A stretch of 64,000 nucleotides of DNA from assembly GCF_016903815.1 (NCBI RefSeq), contig NZ_CP069973.1; one strand, given 5' to 3'. Under the pieces are notes generated by a model. The model worked only from the letters and a program-made list of their open reading frames with translations. It ran no database searches and was not told the DNA's origin. This stretch comes from Escherichia coli (GTDB lineage Bacteria > Pseudomonadota > Gammaproteobacteria > Enterobacterales > Enterobacteriaceae). Positions 1-11,728 of the stretch are shown piece by piece (within the stretch, counting starts at the first letter, position 1; each line of letters begins with the position of its first letter). Position numbers and translations under genes: made by a program.

Positions 1-541
1 GTCAAACATGACTATTTGCATAACTGAATCTCCACCTGAATACGTTAAAAAGACTTAAGTAGTGGAAGGGTATTACCCGCGAGAAAAAATAAGAATTCGC
101 CATTTGGCGGTGGCCATTCTACAGAGATGACGCGTAGAAAATAGTTGCCGATATAAATCGTTACAGCTAAACGCCTGAAATTACATGTCGAGGGCACTAT
201 TTAAAACAATTTTGAGGATTTCCTTATATTGATGGTTAGTACGCATGCAATTAAAAATGAAACTCCGCGACCACAAGCAAAAATAACAAATGGCAATGAG
301 ACAAAAATAAGCACAAATAGCCAACACGTCCTCTGTTCACTTTAAAGGGAATCGCTGAAAAAAAACGCTCTGTTTAGGGAAATTCACCTTTCTCATAAAG
401 CTATTCCGCCCTTTTCCTGCTGAGAAATCGCCACATTCGTCATGACAACATTGTGAAACCCGGCATTAGATGTTAGAAAAAACAATAAACAATGCGATAT
501 GCGCGTTACTGTTTCGCTGTGAACAACAATCGGTCAAAGAA

Positions 542-1441
542 ATGGATAAAATTCACGCAATGCAGTTGTTCATCAAAGTCGCGGAGCTGGAAAGTTTTTC
601 CCGCGCGGCGGATTTCTTTGCTTTGCCAAAGGGAAGTGTTTCGCGCCAGATACAGGCACTGGAACATCAACTTGGCACCCAGCTTCTCCAGCGCACTACG
701 CGACGGGTCAAACTCACGCCAGAAGGCATGACCTATTATCAACGGGCAAAAGATGTGTTGAGTAATCTCAGCGAACTGGACGGTCTGTTTCAACAGGATG
801 CCACCAGTATCAGCGGTAAATTACGCATCGACATCCCGCCAGGAATCGCGAAAAGCCTGTTACTGCCGCGCCTGTCGGAATTTATCTATCTGCATCCGGG
901 AATTGAGCTGGAGCTGAGTAGCCATGACCGTCCGGTAGATATTCTTCACGATGGTTTTGATTGCGTGATACGCACTGGCGCGTTACCGGAAAATGGCGTT
1001 ATCGCCCGTCCCCTCGGCAAACTGACCATGGTCAACTGTGCCAGTCCGCACTATCTGACGCGCTTTGGTTATCCTCAAAGCCCCGACGATCTGACTTCGC
1101 ACGCAATAGTGCGCTACACACCGCACCTGGGTGTACATCCGTTAGGTTTTGAGGTTGCCAGCGTTAATGGCGTCCAGTGGTTTAAGTCTGGCGGCATGTT
1201 GACGGTAAACAGTCGCGAAAACTATCTCGCCGCCGGTCTTGCCGGTCTGGGGATTATTCAGATCCCGCGCATTGCCGTGCGCGAAGCCCTGCGTGCCGGG
1301 AGGCTTATTGAAGTATTACCTGGCTACCGTGCCGAGCCGCTCTCCCTTTCGCTGGTTTATCCGCAGCGTCGGGAGCTTTCCCGGCGTGTAAACCTGTTTA
1401 TGCAGTGGCTGGCTGGCGTAATGAAAGAGCACCTGGACTGA
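542..1441 (+). CDS. yhjC: LysR-family transcriptional regulator
   Basis: ORF 470..1441; N-terminal LysR-type helix-turn-helix region (QLFIKVAELESFSRAA...); ATG at 542 gives 299 aa; followed by yhjD and yhjE. Confidence 0.8.
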   Translation: MDKIHAMQLFIKVAELESFSRAADFFALPKGSVSRQIQALEHQLGTQLLQRTTRRVKLTPEGMTYYQRAKDVLSNLSELDGLFQQDATSISGKLRIDIPPGIAKSLLLPRLSEFIYLHPGIELELSSHDRPVDILHDGFDCVIRTGALPENGVIARPLGKLTMVNCASPHYLTRFGYPQSPDDLTSHAIVRYTPHLGVHPLGFEVASVNGVQWFKSGGMLTVNSRENYLAAGLAGLGIIQIPRIAVREALRAGRLIEVLPGYRAEPLSLSLVYPQRRELSRRVNLFMQWLAGVMKEHLD

Positions 1442-1489
1442 CCGACTATACTTTTTAAGAATGACCACGACAGAAGGACAAAAGAGCGG

Positions 1490-2503
1490 ATGACGCAGGA
1501 AAACGAGATCAAACGTCCCACCCAGGATCTGGAGCACGAGCCGATTAAGCAGTTGGATAATAGCGAGAAAGGCGGCAAAGTTAGCCAGGCGCTGGAAACC
1601 GTCACCACCACTGCCGAAAAAGTCCAACGCCAACCGGTTATTGCGCACCTGATTCGCGCAACAGAGCGCTTTAACGATCGGCTGGGTAACCAGTTTGGTG
1701 CGGCTATCACCTATTTCTCATTTTTGTCGATGATCCCGATTTTGATGGTGTCGTTTGCCGCAGGGGGCTTTGTGCTGGCCTCCCATCCGATGTTGCTACA
1801 GGATATCTTCGACAAAATTCTGCAAAACATCAGCGATCCGACGCTAGCCGCCACGTTGAAAAACACCATCAACACCGCCGTTCAGCAGCGTACTACCGTA
1901 GGGCTTGTCGGCCTGGCGGTGGCGCTTTATTCCGGCATCAACTGGATGGGTAACCTGCGTGAAGCGATTCGCGCCCAGTCACGCGATGTCTGGGAACGCT
2001 CGCCGCAAGATCAGGAGAAGTTCTGGGTAAAATATCTGCGTGATTTTATTTCACTGATTGGTTTGTTGATTGCACTGATTGTGACGCTTTCGATCACCTC
2101 GGTTGCCGGTTCGGCGCAGCAAATGATTATTAGCGCCCTGCACCTGAACAGCATTGAGTGGCTGAAACCGACGTGGCGGTTGATTGGCCTGGCGATTTCC
2201 ATCTTCGCCAACTATCTGCTTTTCTTCTGGATCTTCTGGCGCTTGCCGCGCCACCGTCCGCGCAAAAAAGCCCTGATTCGCGGAACATTTCTGGCTGCGA
2301 TTGGTTTTGAAGTGATTAAAATCGTGATGACCTACACCCTGCCATCGCTGATGAAATCCCCCTCTGGCGCAGCATTTGGTTCCGTGCTGGGACTGATGGC
2401 ATTTTTCTACTTCTTCGCCCGTTTGACGCTGTTTTGCGCGGCGTGGATTGCCACCGCCGAATATAAAGACGACCCGCGAATGCCGGGGAAAACGCAGCGG
2501 TAA
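1490..2503 (+). CDS. yhjD: inner membrane protein, YihY/RNase BN-like family
   Basis: 337-aa ORF with multiple hydrophobic segments; expected position between yhjC and yhjE. Confidence 0.8.
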   Translation: MTQENEIKRPTQDLEHEPIKQLDNSEKGGKVSQALETVTTTAEKVQRQPVIAHLIRATERFNDRLGNQFGAAITYFSFLSMIPILMVSFAAGGFVLASHPMLLQDIFDKILQNISDPTLAATLKNTINTAVQQRTTVGLVGLAVALYSGINWMGNLREAIRAQSRDVWERSPQDQEKFWVKYLRDFISLIGLLIALIVTLSITSVAGSAQQMIISALHLNSIEWLKPTWRLIGLAISIFANYLLFFWIFWRLPRHRPRKKALIRGTFLAAIGFEVIKIVMTYTLPSLMKSPSGAAFGSVLGLMAFFYFFARLTLFCAAWIATAEYKDDPRMPGKTQR

Positions 2504-2541
2504 TTCATTGGTTTATAATGCCTGATAAACGCACGGTCGAT

Positions 2542-2579
2542 CCCCTCGCCCCTTCGGGGAGAGGGTTAGGGTGAGGGGG
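2542..2579. repeat. GC-rich imperfect palindromic intergenic repeat, possibly BoxC-like; copy 1
   Basis: cccctcgccccttcggggagagggttagggtgaggggg; near-identical copy at 4308..4345 in the same orientation. Confidence 0.6.
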
Positions 2580-2894
2580 TACAAGCCAGCCAGAGACCAG
2601 GCAATGACATGCACATAACCACCTGAAACTACATCTCTTCAGGAGCAAACAATTTCATTCCAACTCACAACCCCAGCATATAAATCCAGTTGGTAACTTT
2701 TATTTAACCTGAAACCAGTTTTATCCACTATTTATAAAATTATGTGAAGCATTTCATAGAAGAAAAATCACTGGCTTAAACATTATCCCCTTTTTGCCTG
2801 GCTTTTGACCATTTCCGCGATTTGTTACACATTGAAATATCACTTTTGCTGTGCGTAATATGGCTATTCGTTAGCCAAAAAATAAGAAAAGATT

Positions 2895-4217
2895 ATGCAA
2901 GCAACAGCCACAACACTCGACCACGAGCAAGAATACACGCCGATCAACTCGCGTAATAAAGTCCTTGTCGCCTCTCTCATTGGCACGGCCATTGAGTTTT
3001 TCGACTTTTACATTTACGCCACTGCGGCCGTTATTGTGTTTCCGCATATCTTCTTCCCGCAGGGCGATCCTACGGCAGCAACGCTCCAGTCGCTCGCCAC
3101 CTTCGCCATCGCCTTCGTCGCGCGCCCTATTGGCTCTGCCGTCTTTGGTCATTTTGGCGATCGCGTTGGGCGTAAAGCGACGCTGGTCGCCTCGTTGCTA
3201 ACGATGGGGATTTCGACCGTGGTGATTGGTCTGCTGCCGGGCTATGCCACGATTGGTATTTTCGCCCCGCTGCTGCTGGCGCTGGCTCGATTTGGTCAGG
3301 GTCTGGGCTTAGGCGGTGAATGGGGCGGCGCGGCGCTGCTGGCGACTGAAAACGCCCCACCGCGCAAACGTGCACTGTATGGCTCCTTCCCACAGCTGGG
3401 CGCACCGATTGGCTTCTTCTTTGCCAACGGCACTTTCTTGCTGCTTTCCTGGCTACTGACCGACGAGCAGTTTATGAGCTGGGGCTGGCGGGTGCCATTT
3501 ATCTTCTCGGCGGTACTGGTCATTATCGGCCTGTATGTTCGCGTGTCGCTGCATGAGTCGCCGGTGTTTGAGAAAGTCGCTAAAGCGAAAAAACAGGTGA
3601 AGATCCCGCTGGGTACGCTGCTGACCAAACATGTTCGCGTAACCGTACTGGGTACGTTCATTATGCTGGCAACCTATACGCTGTTTTACATCATGACGGT
3701 CTACTCTATGACCTTCAGTACCGCCGCCGCGCCAGTTGGGCTTGGCCTGCCGCGTAACGAAGTGTTGTGGATGCTGATGATGGCAGTTATTGGTTTTGGC
3801 GTGATGGTACCTGTCGCCGGATTACTGGCTGATGCCTTTGGTCGCCGTAAAAGCATGGTAATCATCACCACGCTGATCATCCTGTTCGCGCTGTTCGCCT
3901 TTAACCCGCTACTCGGTTCTGGCAACCCGATTCTGGTTTTTGCCTTCCTGCTGCTGGGGTTAAGTCTGATGGGACTGACCTTCGGGCCGATGGGCGCGCT
4001 GTTACCAGAGCTGTTCCCGACAGAAGTGCGTTACACCGGAGCATCGTTCTCTTACAACGTAGCGTCGATTCTCGGGGCTTCCGTTGCGCCGTATATCGCA
4101 GCCTGGTTGCAGACTAACTACGGGTTAGGTGCGGTGGGGTTATATCTGGCGGCGATGGCTGGCTTGACGTTAATCGCCCTGCTGCTGACCCATGAGACAC
4201 GACATCAGTCGTTGTAA
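2895..4217 (+). CDS. yhjE: MFS-family metabolite transporter
   Basis: 440-aa ORF with about 12 predicted transmembrane segments and sugar/metabolite MFS-like motifs. Confidence 0.8.
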   Translation: MQATATTLDHEQEYTPINSRNKVLVASLIGTAIEFFDFYIYATAAVIVFPHIFFPQGDPTAATLQSLATFAIAFVARPIGSAVFGHFGDRVGRKATLVASLLTMGISTVVIGLLPGYATIGIFAPLLLALARFGQGLGLGGEWGGAALLATENAPPRKRALYGSFPQLGAPIGFFFANGTFLLLSWLLTDEQFMSWGWRVPFIFSAVLVIIGLYVRVSLHESPVFEKVAKAKKQVKIPLGTLLTKHVRVTVLGTFIMLATYTLFYIMTVYSMTFSTAAAPVGLGLPRNEVLWMLMMAVIGFGVMVPVAGLLADAFGRRKSMVIITTLIILFALFAFNPLLGSGNPILVFAFLLLGLSLMGLTFGPMGALLPELFPTEVRYTGASFSYNVASILGASVAPYIAAWLQTNYGLGAVGLYLAAMAGLTLIALLLTHETRHQSL

Positions 4218-4307
4218 GTATCGTGCGGGCTGCCACCCTCACCCCGGCCCTCCCCCCAGAAAGTGAACGGAAAAGCGGTACTCGTTGTTTCAACACGCAC
4301 AAAACAG

Positions 4308-4345
4308 TCCCCTCGCCCCTTTGGGGAGAGGGTTAGGGTGAGGGG
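4308..4345. repeat. GC-rich imperfect palindromic intergenic repeat, possibly BoxC-like; copy 2
   Basis: tcccctcgcccctttggggagagggttagggtgagggg; matches copy at 2542..2579. Confidence 0.6.
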
Positions 4346-4389
4346 AACACGCTGCTCCCGAACTCACCAGCAAACACAATCCAACCTCA

Positions 4390-6450
4390 TCACTTCTTCA
4401 TCTGCGACAAAATCGTCCGGCACTGATTAGCCTCCCCTTCGGAAGGTGAGATCAGCGCCAGTAACGCCGCCGCTGGCGTAACCAGCGTTGCCAGTGCCGC
4501 CGCAACGGCTCCTCGGGCAATCAACGGCCCGGCTTTCACCCCAGCCTGCGGATTTTTAAATGTCCCACGCACATACAGCGGCGAACGCAGCGTGATAATC
4601 CGAATTCCTTTACTCTCCGGATCAATAGTCAAATCCAGCTGTTCCGAAGCAAAACTTGCCGTGCCGGTAACGTTAATCAACGCGTTCTCAGTATCGAAAG
4701 CAAAAATCTGCGGGCGCGCCACGCCGTTGGCAATATCCAGATTCGCCGCCGCACAGTTCACCCGCACCTCATCGTCACCAAATATCGCACCGACAATGTA
4801 GTTACCGACATTCAGCCCGACAATCTCCATCAGGTTGCGGCTCACCAGCCCGTCATTCATCAACAGTTTCAGGTTGCCGTTACTGTTGCCTAAAAGCGCC
4901 GCCACCGAGTTACCGCTACCGCGTAGTTCCGCGTCACCGTTCATTTCCCCCAGCGTCTTCTGCATCAGTTCCACATCGGGCATCAGTTCTTTCAGTTTCA
5001 GCCGACGAGCCTGAATATCTGCCCGCCCTTGCATCGGTTTTTTATCACCTTCCAGATGAATATTCGCCGCAATGCTGCCGCCTGCCATGCCAAATTTCAG
5101 CGGTTGCAGGCGCAGGTCAGCATTTTTGAGGATGATATGAGTAGAAAGATCGCTAATCGGCAGGCTACTGCCATGCTCAATGCGCCGCCCTTTGAAGCGA
5201 ACATCGGCATCCATGACGTCCCATTTATCGGTTTCGAAGCGGTCATAAGGCAGCACTTTACCCGCAGGCTGAACGCTTTTTTCGCCCTTCTTCTGTTCAG
5301 ACCGTTTCGACTTTTCAGCTCCTTTCCCGGAATCAACGCCAATCAACGGTCCCAAGTCCGCCAGCCGCAATTGCCGCGACTCGACATCACCTTCCAGTTT
5401 TGGCCGTGGCTTGCCGGTGGTATAGACCAGAGAACCGTGGATATCGCTATCGCCAATGCGCCCATTAAAGCCGCGATAATCAAAGACCGACGATTTTTCA
5501 GTGTCGATTTTCGCTACCAGCCGACCATCCGTTTCAAACGGCGGGGTATCGGGCAGCAGAACGCCCGTCAGTTCATAGAGATCACCCAGCGAATCGCCAG
5601 AAAATTTAAGCCGTAAATCGACACCACCCATCTTCATTGGGTCATTCACAACGCCATCAAAAGCAACACGGGTGTTACCAGAGCGGAAATCAGCCTGTAC
5701 CGGAAACGGCGTCCCTTCGCCACGCAGCGCCAGCATACCGCCTATTTTTCCCGTACCAGTGAGCGGTTCACCGTTATAACGTCCCTGCGCCTTCAGGCCA
5801 AAAACGTAATCGCCCACCTTTTCTTTATCCGCTTTACCTTTCGATCCAGTAACTTCGCTGAACGGCAGCGGCTTGCCTAACGGATCGACAAAAATTTCCA
5901 GATCCGCTTTGCTTACTTTGTCATCAATGGCGATCCGCCCTTGATCGAAAAGAATATTATCCAGCCGAAACGACCATGCCGACGGCTTTGCATTCGCGTC
6001 TTTGTTGTCATCGCTGGCGAGATTAAATGTCCAGTTGTTGTTCTTTTCTGAGAGGCGAATCAGGCGTGCGTCGGGCTTTTCCAGTTTGATCCACGGTAGC
6101 CAGACCGTTTTGGTCAGCAGCGCCAACGGTGCCAGCGTTGCCTCTACGCGTGGCAAATGCACCATTGTGACTTCGGGAATATCCGGTGGATTGCCGAGAA
6201 TGATGTCTTCTGCATGCACATGAGGCCACGGCACCCAGCTGCGCCAGCCAGTTTCTTGCTTTTGCCGCTCCCACACCACGCCCAGATCGCCACGGATAGC
6301 GAACGGACGATTCAACTCCGCAGAGACTTTCTGGTTGATGGTCGGTTTGAGTCGATTCCAGTCAAAAGTTGCAATCAAAATGATCGCCACGACAATCAAC
6401 AACAAGAAAGCCCCTGAAATCGCAGCGGTTATTTTGCCTGCCTTGCTCAT
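4390..6450 (-). CDS. yhjG: AsmA-family protein
   Basis: ORF 4390..6465; ATG at 6450 (MSKAGK...) has a GAGGAAG Shine-Dalgarno 6 nt upstream and gives 686 aa; N-terminal membrane anchor then large periplasmic domain. Confidence 0.8.
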   Translation of the reverse strand: MSKAGKITAAISGAFLLLIVVAIILIATFDWNRLKPTINQKVSAELNRPFAIRGDLGVVWERQKQETGWRSWVPWPHVHAEDIILGNPPDIPEVTMVHLPRVEATLAPLALLTKTVWLPWIKLEKPDARLIRLSEKNNNWTFNLASDDNKDANAKPSAWSFRLDNILFDQGRIAIDDKVSKADLEIFVDPLGKPLPFSEVTGSKGKADKEKVGDYVFGLKAQGRYNGEPLTGTGKIGGMLALRGEGTPFPVQADFRSGNTRVAFDGVVNDPMKMGGVDLRLKFSGDSLGDLYELTGVLLPDTPPFETDGRLVAKIDTEKSSVFDYRGFNGRIGDSDIHGSLVYTTGKPRPKLEGDVESRQLRLADLGPLIGVDSGKGAEKSKRSEQKKGEKSVQPAGKVLPYDRFETDKWDVMDADVRFKGRRIEHGSSLPISDLSTHIILKNADLRLQPLKFGMAGGSIAANIHLEGDKKPMQGRADIQARRLKLKELMPDVELMQKTLGEMNGDAELRGSGNSVAALLGNSNGNLKLLMNDGLVSRNLMEIVGLNVGNYIVGAIFGDDEVRVNCAAANLDIANGVARPQIFAFDTENALINVTGTASFASEQLDLTIDPESKGIRIITLRSPLYVRGTFKNPQAGVKAGPLIARGAVAAALATLVTPAAALLALISPSEGEANQCRTILSQMKK

Positions 6451-6519
6451 CGTTCGCTTCCTCATATTCTTCCTGTGCCAGTCCTAAAGATAGTCCAGCC
6501 AGGCGGAAAATGAGGCAGC

Positions 6520-7287
6520 TTATAGCGCCAAAACCGCCGTATTCAGCGTTTCTATCGGTGCCGGGCGTGAAAGAAACCAGCCTTGTGCGGCGAATGCGGG
6601 CGAGCTCTGAACATCACGCCACTCTTCCGGCGTTTCTACGCCCTCGACGATCACCCCGCGACAATAGCGATTCATGAGATGTAAAAGCTGAGAAAAGAGT
6701 GTGCGTCCTTCCGGCGACTGACGCAGCATCACAAACAGCTCTCGCGCGATTTTGATGTAGTCATAACGCACTTCACTTAGCGCAGAGAAATTTGCCATCC
6801 CGGTGCCAAAATCATCCAGCCACAGCGGGCCAAATTCACACATCGAGGCAAAGGTTGAATCTTTCGGCAGACGGATGTGTTCCACCAGTTCGAAACGCAG
6901 CCAGGGAAGACGCTCAATCTGGCGCAGGATTTTTGGTTGCTGACGCAGGGCGATGAGCGTAGGGCCATCAATATTGACCGATGCCAGCAGGTCATGCTCT
7001 ATAAAGAAGTCGGCTTTTTGCGCCAGTAAATCAATCTGCTCTTTCACAACCTCCATCCGATGGCTGACGGTGATTTCAGTAAAATAGCGATCCGGCGGCA
7101 GGCGTTGCGAAGGGTTCAAGGGATGCGTGACCACCGTTAATAGCTCCACGGCCATTAACCGCCCGCATGTTTGATAGATCGGCTGCCAGGTGTAAGCACG
7201 CTCACACTGCAACCAAAAACGCCGTTCCTGCAAGCTCTCGATGCTTGCTTCAGGGTTGCTTATTCGCTGGATAACCTGCCTTATCAT
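6520..7287 (-). CDS. pdeH: EAL-domain c-di-GMP phosphodiesterase
   Basis: 255 aa from internal ATG (MIRQVIQRIS...); EAL-domain residues visible; divergent from kdgK. Confidence 0.85.
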   Translation of the reverse strand: MIRQVIQRISNPEASIESLQERRFWLQCERAYTWQPIYQTCGRLMAVELLTVVTHPLNPSQRLPPDRYFTEITVSHRMEVVKEQIDLLAQKADFFIEHDLLASVNIDGPTLIALRQQPKILRQIERLPWLRFELVEHIRLPKDSTFASMCEFGPLWLDDFGTGMANFSALSEVRYDYIKIARELFVMLRQSPEGRTLFSQLLHLMNRYCRGVIVEGVETPEEWRDVQSSPAFAAQGWFLSRPAPIETLNTAVLAL

Positions 7288-7433
7288 CAAAGATGTCCTG
7301 TGTTTAAAAGTGATGCTGCCCGGACTCGACAAAGATTATCGGCGCGCAAGGGCATAACTTTACCGCCTGGCCGGGTTAAATTTTCCCACTCCACAACGGA
7401 ATCTTTCAGGAATACGTTCTGGCTCAAAAAAAT

Positions 7434-7452
7434 AATGGAACACTGTTTTAAT
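7434..7452 (+). promoter_or_regulatory. putative KdgR operator upstream of kdgK
   Basis: AATGGAACACTGTTTTAAT, an imperfect palindrome resembling the KdgR box (AATGAAACAnTGTTTCATT) as I recall it, about 65 bp upstream of the kdgK ATG. Confidence 0.45.
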
Positions 7453-7518
7453 ATGGTTGACCAGCAAACCACCACAGCGCAAACTAACGCTAATTTTTTA
7501 CAGATCAGGTTCACGACT

Positions 7519-8448
7519 ATGTCCAAAAAGATTGCCGTGATTGGCGAATGCATGATTGAGCTTTCCGAGAAAGGCGCGGACGTTAAGCGCGGTTTCGGCG
7601 GCGATACCCTGAACACTTCCGTCTATATCGCCCGTCAGGTCGATCCTGCGGCATTAACCGTTCATTACGTAACGGCGCTGGGAACGGACAGTTTTAGCCA
7701 GCAAATGCTGGACGCCTGGCACGGCGAGAACGTTGATACTTCCCTGACCCAACGGATGGAAAACCGTCTGCCGGGCCTTTACTACATTGAAACCGACAGC
7801 ACCGGCGAACGTACGTTCTACTACTGGCGTAACGAAGCCGCCGCCAAATTCTGGCTGGAGAGCGAGCAGTCTGCGGCGATTTGCGAAGAGCTGGCGAATT
7901 TCGATTATCTCTACCTGAGCGGGATTAGCCTGGCGATCTTAAGCCCGACCAGCCGCGAGAAACTGCTTTCTTTGTTGCGCGAATGCCGCGCCAACGGCGG
8001 AAAAGTAATTTTCGACAATAACTATCGTCCGCGCCTGTGGGCCAGCAAAGAAGAGACACAGCAGGTGTACCAGCAAATGCTGGAATGCACGGATATCGCC
8101 TTCCTGACGCTGGACGACGAAGACGCGCTGTGGGGTCAACAGCCGGTGGAAGACGTCATTGCGCGCACCCATAACGCGGGCGTGAAAGAAGTGGTGGTGA
8201 AACGCGGGGCGGATTCTTGCCTGGTGTCCATTGCTGGCGAAGGGTTAGTGGATGTTCCGGCGGTGAAACTGCCGAAAGAAAAAGTGATCGATACCACCGC
8301 AGCTGGCGACTCTTTCAGTGCCGGTTATCTGGCGGTACGTTTGACGGGCGGCAGTGCGGAAAACGCGGCGAAACGCGGGCACCTGACCGCAAGTACCGTT
8401 ATTCAGTATCGCGGCGCGATTATCCCGCGTGAGGCGATGCCGGCGTAA
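7519..8448 (+). CDS. kdgK: 2-dehydro-3-deoxygluconokinase
   Basis: 309 aa from ATG at 7519 (MSKKIAVIGECMIEL...); PfkB-family sugar kinase motifs including the C-terminal DTTAAGD; ORF-track entry has a spurious upstream extension. Confidence 0.85.
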   Translation: MSKKIAVIGECMIELSEKGADVKRGFGGDTLNTSVYIARQVDPAALTVHYVTALGTDSFSQQMLDAWHGENVDTSLTQRMENRLPGLYYIETDSTGERTFYYWRNEAAAKFWLESEQSAAICEELANFDYLYLSGISLAILSPTSREKLLSLLRECRANGGKVIFDNNYRPRLWASKEETQQVYQQMLECTDIAFLTLDDEDALWGQQPVEDVIARTHNAGVKEVVVKRGADSCLVSIAGEGLVDVPAVKLPKEKVIDTTAAGDSFSAGYLAVRLTGGSAENAAKRGHLTASTVIQYRGAIIPREAMPA

Positions 8449-8543
8449 AAGCAGCATATGCAAAAGGCTGGATAAAGTGTTACCCCTCTATCCAGCTCAT
8501 CCATAAATACCTGATGGTTGTGCTAACTCATCACCATCAGGCA

Positions 8544-10040
8544 TTACTGTGCAGGTGGAATATCCGTCACTTCAGGATGAACGTCATCCGTGGCGACAGA
8601 GGTGGTCGCAGCGGCAGTAGATGGGGTCATGATTTGATCCCAGGCCGCCTGCAACGCTTTCATGTTAAATTCCAGCTCGCCTTTCGGCTGCAGCAGTATT
8701 AACGCCATATCGTTCGACAACTGCTGACGCAGATCCTGATTTAACATCTCCACCGTCAGGCTGTTAAGGAAGTCCTGGCGCAGTTTCTGATATTGCTCCG
8801 GCGCGATATCGACAACCTGATTTTGCAACGAACGCATCCGCTGCCCCATCAGAATATCGGTATCAGCTCGCGCATAGGCGGCAAACAGTTTCTGCAGCTC
8901 CAGTTTCTTTTGCGCCACTAACGCATTGAACTCCTCTTCCGGCAGACCTTTATCGCGAACCTTCGCCAGCTCACGCGCCACCAGATTAAGGTTGCTGTTC
9001 AGCTTGTCGTTTGGTGATTCGATGTTGATGGCACACTGCGCACGCAGATACAGCACACGGCAGTCAAATCCAAGACCGATGTCTTTGCTGTTATTGGCGC
9101 TTAACGCTTGCTGAACATGCCAGAACAGCGCCTCACGGGCCAGGTCCGCACGCCAGTAGCGCAGCAGTGCGGCTGATTCACGAATCGGCTGCCACGGCGT
9201 ATCCCACATGATGGATAACCGGTCCTGACGCACCGCGTCAGTCATAATACTCACCGCTTCCGCACGCAGCGGAGAAAGCGTCGGCACCGGAGCCGGTGTT
9301 TCACGTTTGCCTTTCAGTTCGCCAAACGTTTTATTGATTTGGTCGACGACCGAGCGCGCATCCACGTTTCCCACCACCAGCAGCGTCATTGCATCCGGGG
9401 TGTACCATTTCTGATAGAAATCTTTAATCTTTTCCGCTTCAACGGGTTGTTTCAGCGGATCGGCAGGATCGTGACCTAACAAGGTTGATCCTTTCAGACG
9501 ATAGCGCCACCAGCCCTCTTTAGTATCGGCAGGCCAGGTTGCCACCATGTCCTGACTTTGCAGCGCGTGGTTGATGGTTTCTGGCGTGATAGTCAGTTTG
9601 CCAGTGGCATTTGCCAGATAAGAGAGCGCTTCTTTCAGCAAGTCGTTACGGTTATTGGGCAAACTCAGATTAAACAGCGTGGTGTCATAAGAGACAATTA
9701 CCGGCGGCATCGGGCGTTTAGGGTCGATCCCCTGCTGCCACAATGAACGCGCCTGTGCTGCTTCAAGGCCACCGCTTTGCGTTAACGCAATACGAGGGAT
9801 GGCGTGGCTGTAACCGCTCTGTTGTGTACTTTCGGCGAGCGAACCGGTATTAACCAGCAGGCGAATTTCAACACGATCGCTGGGACGCTGGGGCGTGGTC
9901 AGCACTTGCCACTGTAAACCGTTGGAAAGCGTCCCCTGTTGCCATGCTGGATCAGGCTGGAGCGCATCTGCCTGCACATAGCCAGCAGTGGCCATCATCA
10001 GCAAACCGCCCGCTAAAAGTCGAATTTTTGTGCCCTGCAT
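8544..10040 (-). CDS. yhjJ: periplasmic M16-family peptidase-like protein
   Basis: 498-aa ORF with an N-terminal signal peptide. Confidence 0.8.
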   Translation of the reverse strand: MQGTKIRLLAGGLLMMATAGYVQADALQPDPAWQQGTLSNGLQWQVLTTPQRPSDRVEIRLLVNTGSLAESTQQSGYSHAIPRIALTQSGGLEAAQARSLWQQGIDPKRPMPPVIVSYDTTLFNLSLPNNRNDLLKEALSYLANATGKLTITPETINHALQSQDMVATWPADTKEGWWRYRLKGSTLLGHDPADPLKQPVEAEKIKDFYQKWYTPDAMTLLVVGNVDARSVVDQINKTFGELKGKRETPAPVPTLSPLRAEAVSIMTDAVRQDRLSIMWDTPWQPIRESAALLRYWRADLAREALFWHVQQALSANNSKDIGLGFDCRVLYLRAQCAINIESPNDKLNSNLNLVARELAKVRDKGLPEEEFNALVAQKKLELQKLFAAYARADTDILMGQRMRSLQNQVVDIAPEQYQKLRQDFLNSLTVEMLNQDLRQQLSNDMALILLQPKGELEFNMKALQAAWDQIMTPSTAAATTSVATDDVHPEVTDIPPAQ

Positions 10041-10259
10041 GTGAACCCCTGATCAACTATCCTGGTAATAAAAAACTGCCCGTTGTCGGTCAGTCTAAAT
10101 GACGTTAAAAACACTTCGTGTTAGACCGCAAGAACATGAAAATGTCACGGAAGAAGTGAAATAAACCTGAACTCACCCAGGTGGTAAGTTCAGGCACAGG
10201 GGTCAATTATGCGCAAACACCCGCACTCGGGGAAGGGAGTGCGGGCATAAGTGGTGAGA

Positions 10260-11582
<1,323 letters not shown>

Positions 11583-11728
11583 TTATGGGGTACCTGCGGC
11601 CTTAAAATAACACCCAGACAACATCACAGAAATGTACCTGGATCATAATTGAAACAAAAAGGTTAAAAAGTTTGAGCTGGCTCGCACAAACCAGCACTTT
11701 TTAAAGTTTTGTAATCAGTTTGGGGTAG

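Noticed and set aside
1-541. Possible coding sequence upstream of yhjC
   Set aside because: No ORF of meaningful length on either strand; AT-rich, consistent with a promoter region.
7171-8448. N-terminally extended ORF-track entries (kdgK 425 aa, tag 266 aa, bcsB 808 aa, dppB 381 aa, yhjV 444 aa, yiaF 276 aa and others)
   Set aside because: The extensions run into divergent promoter regions or neighbouring genes; internal ATG codons reproduce the expected protein lengths and N-termini. Several track starts are TTG or GTG codons (for example 17976, 23280, 41344).
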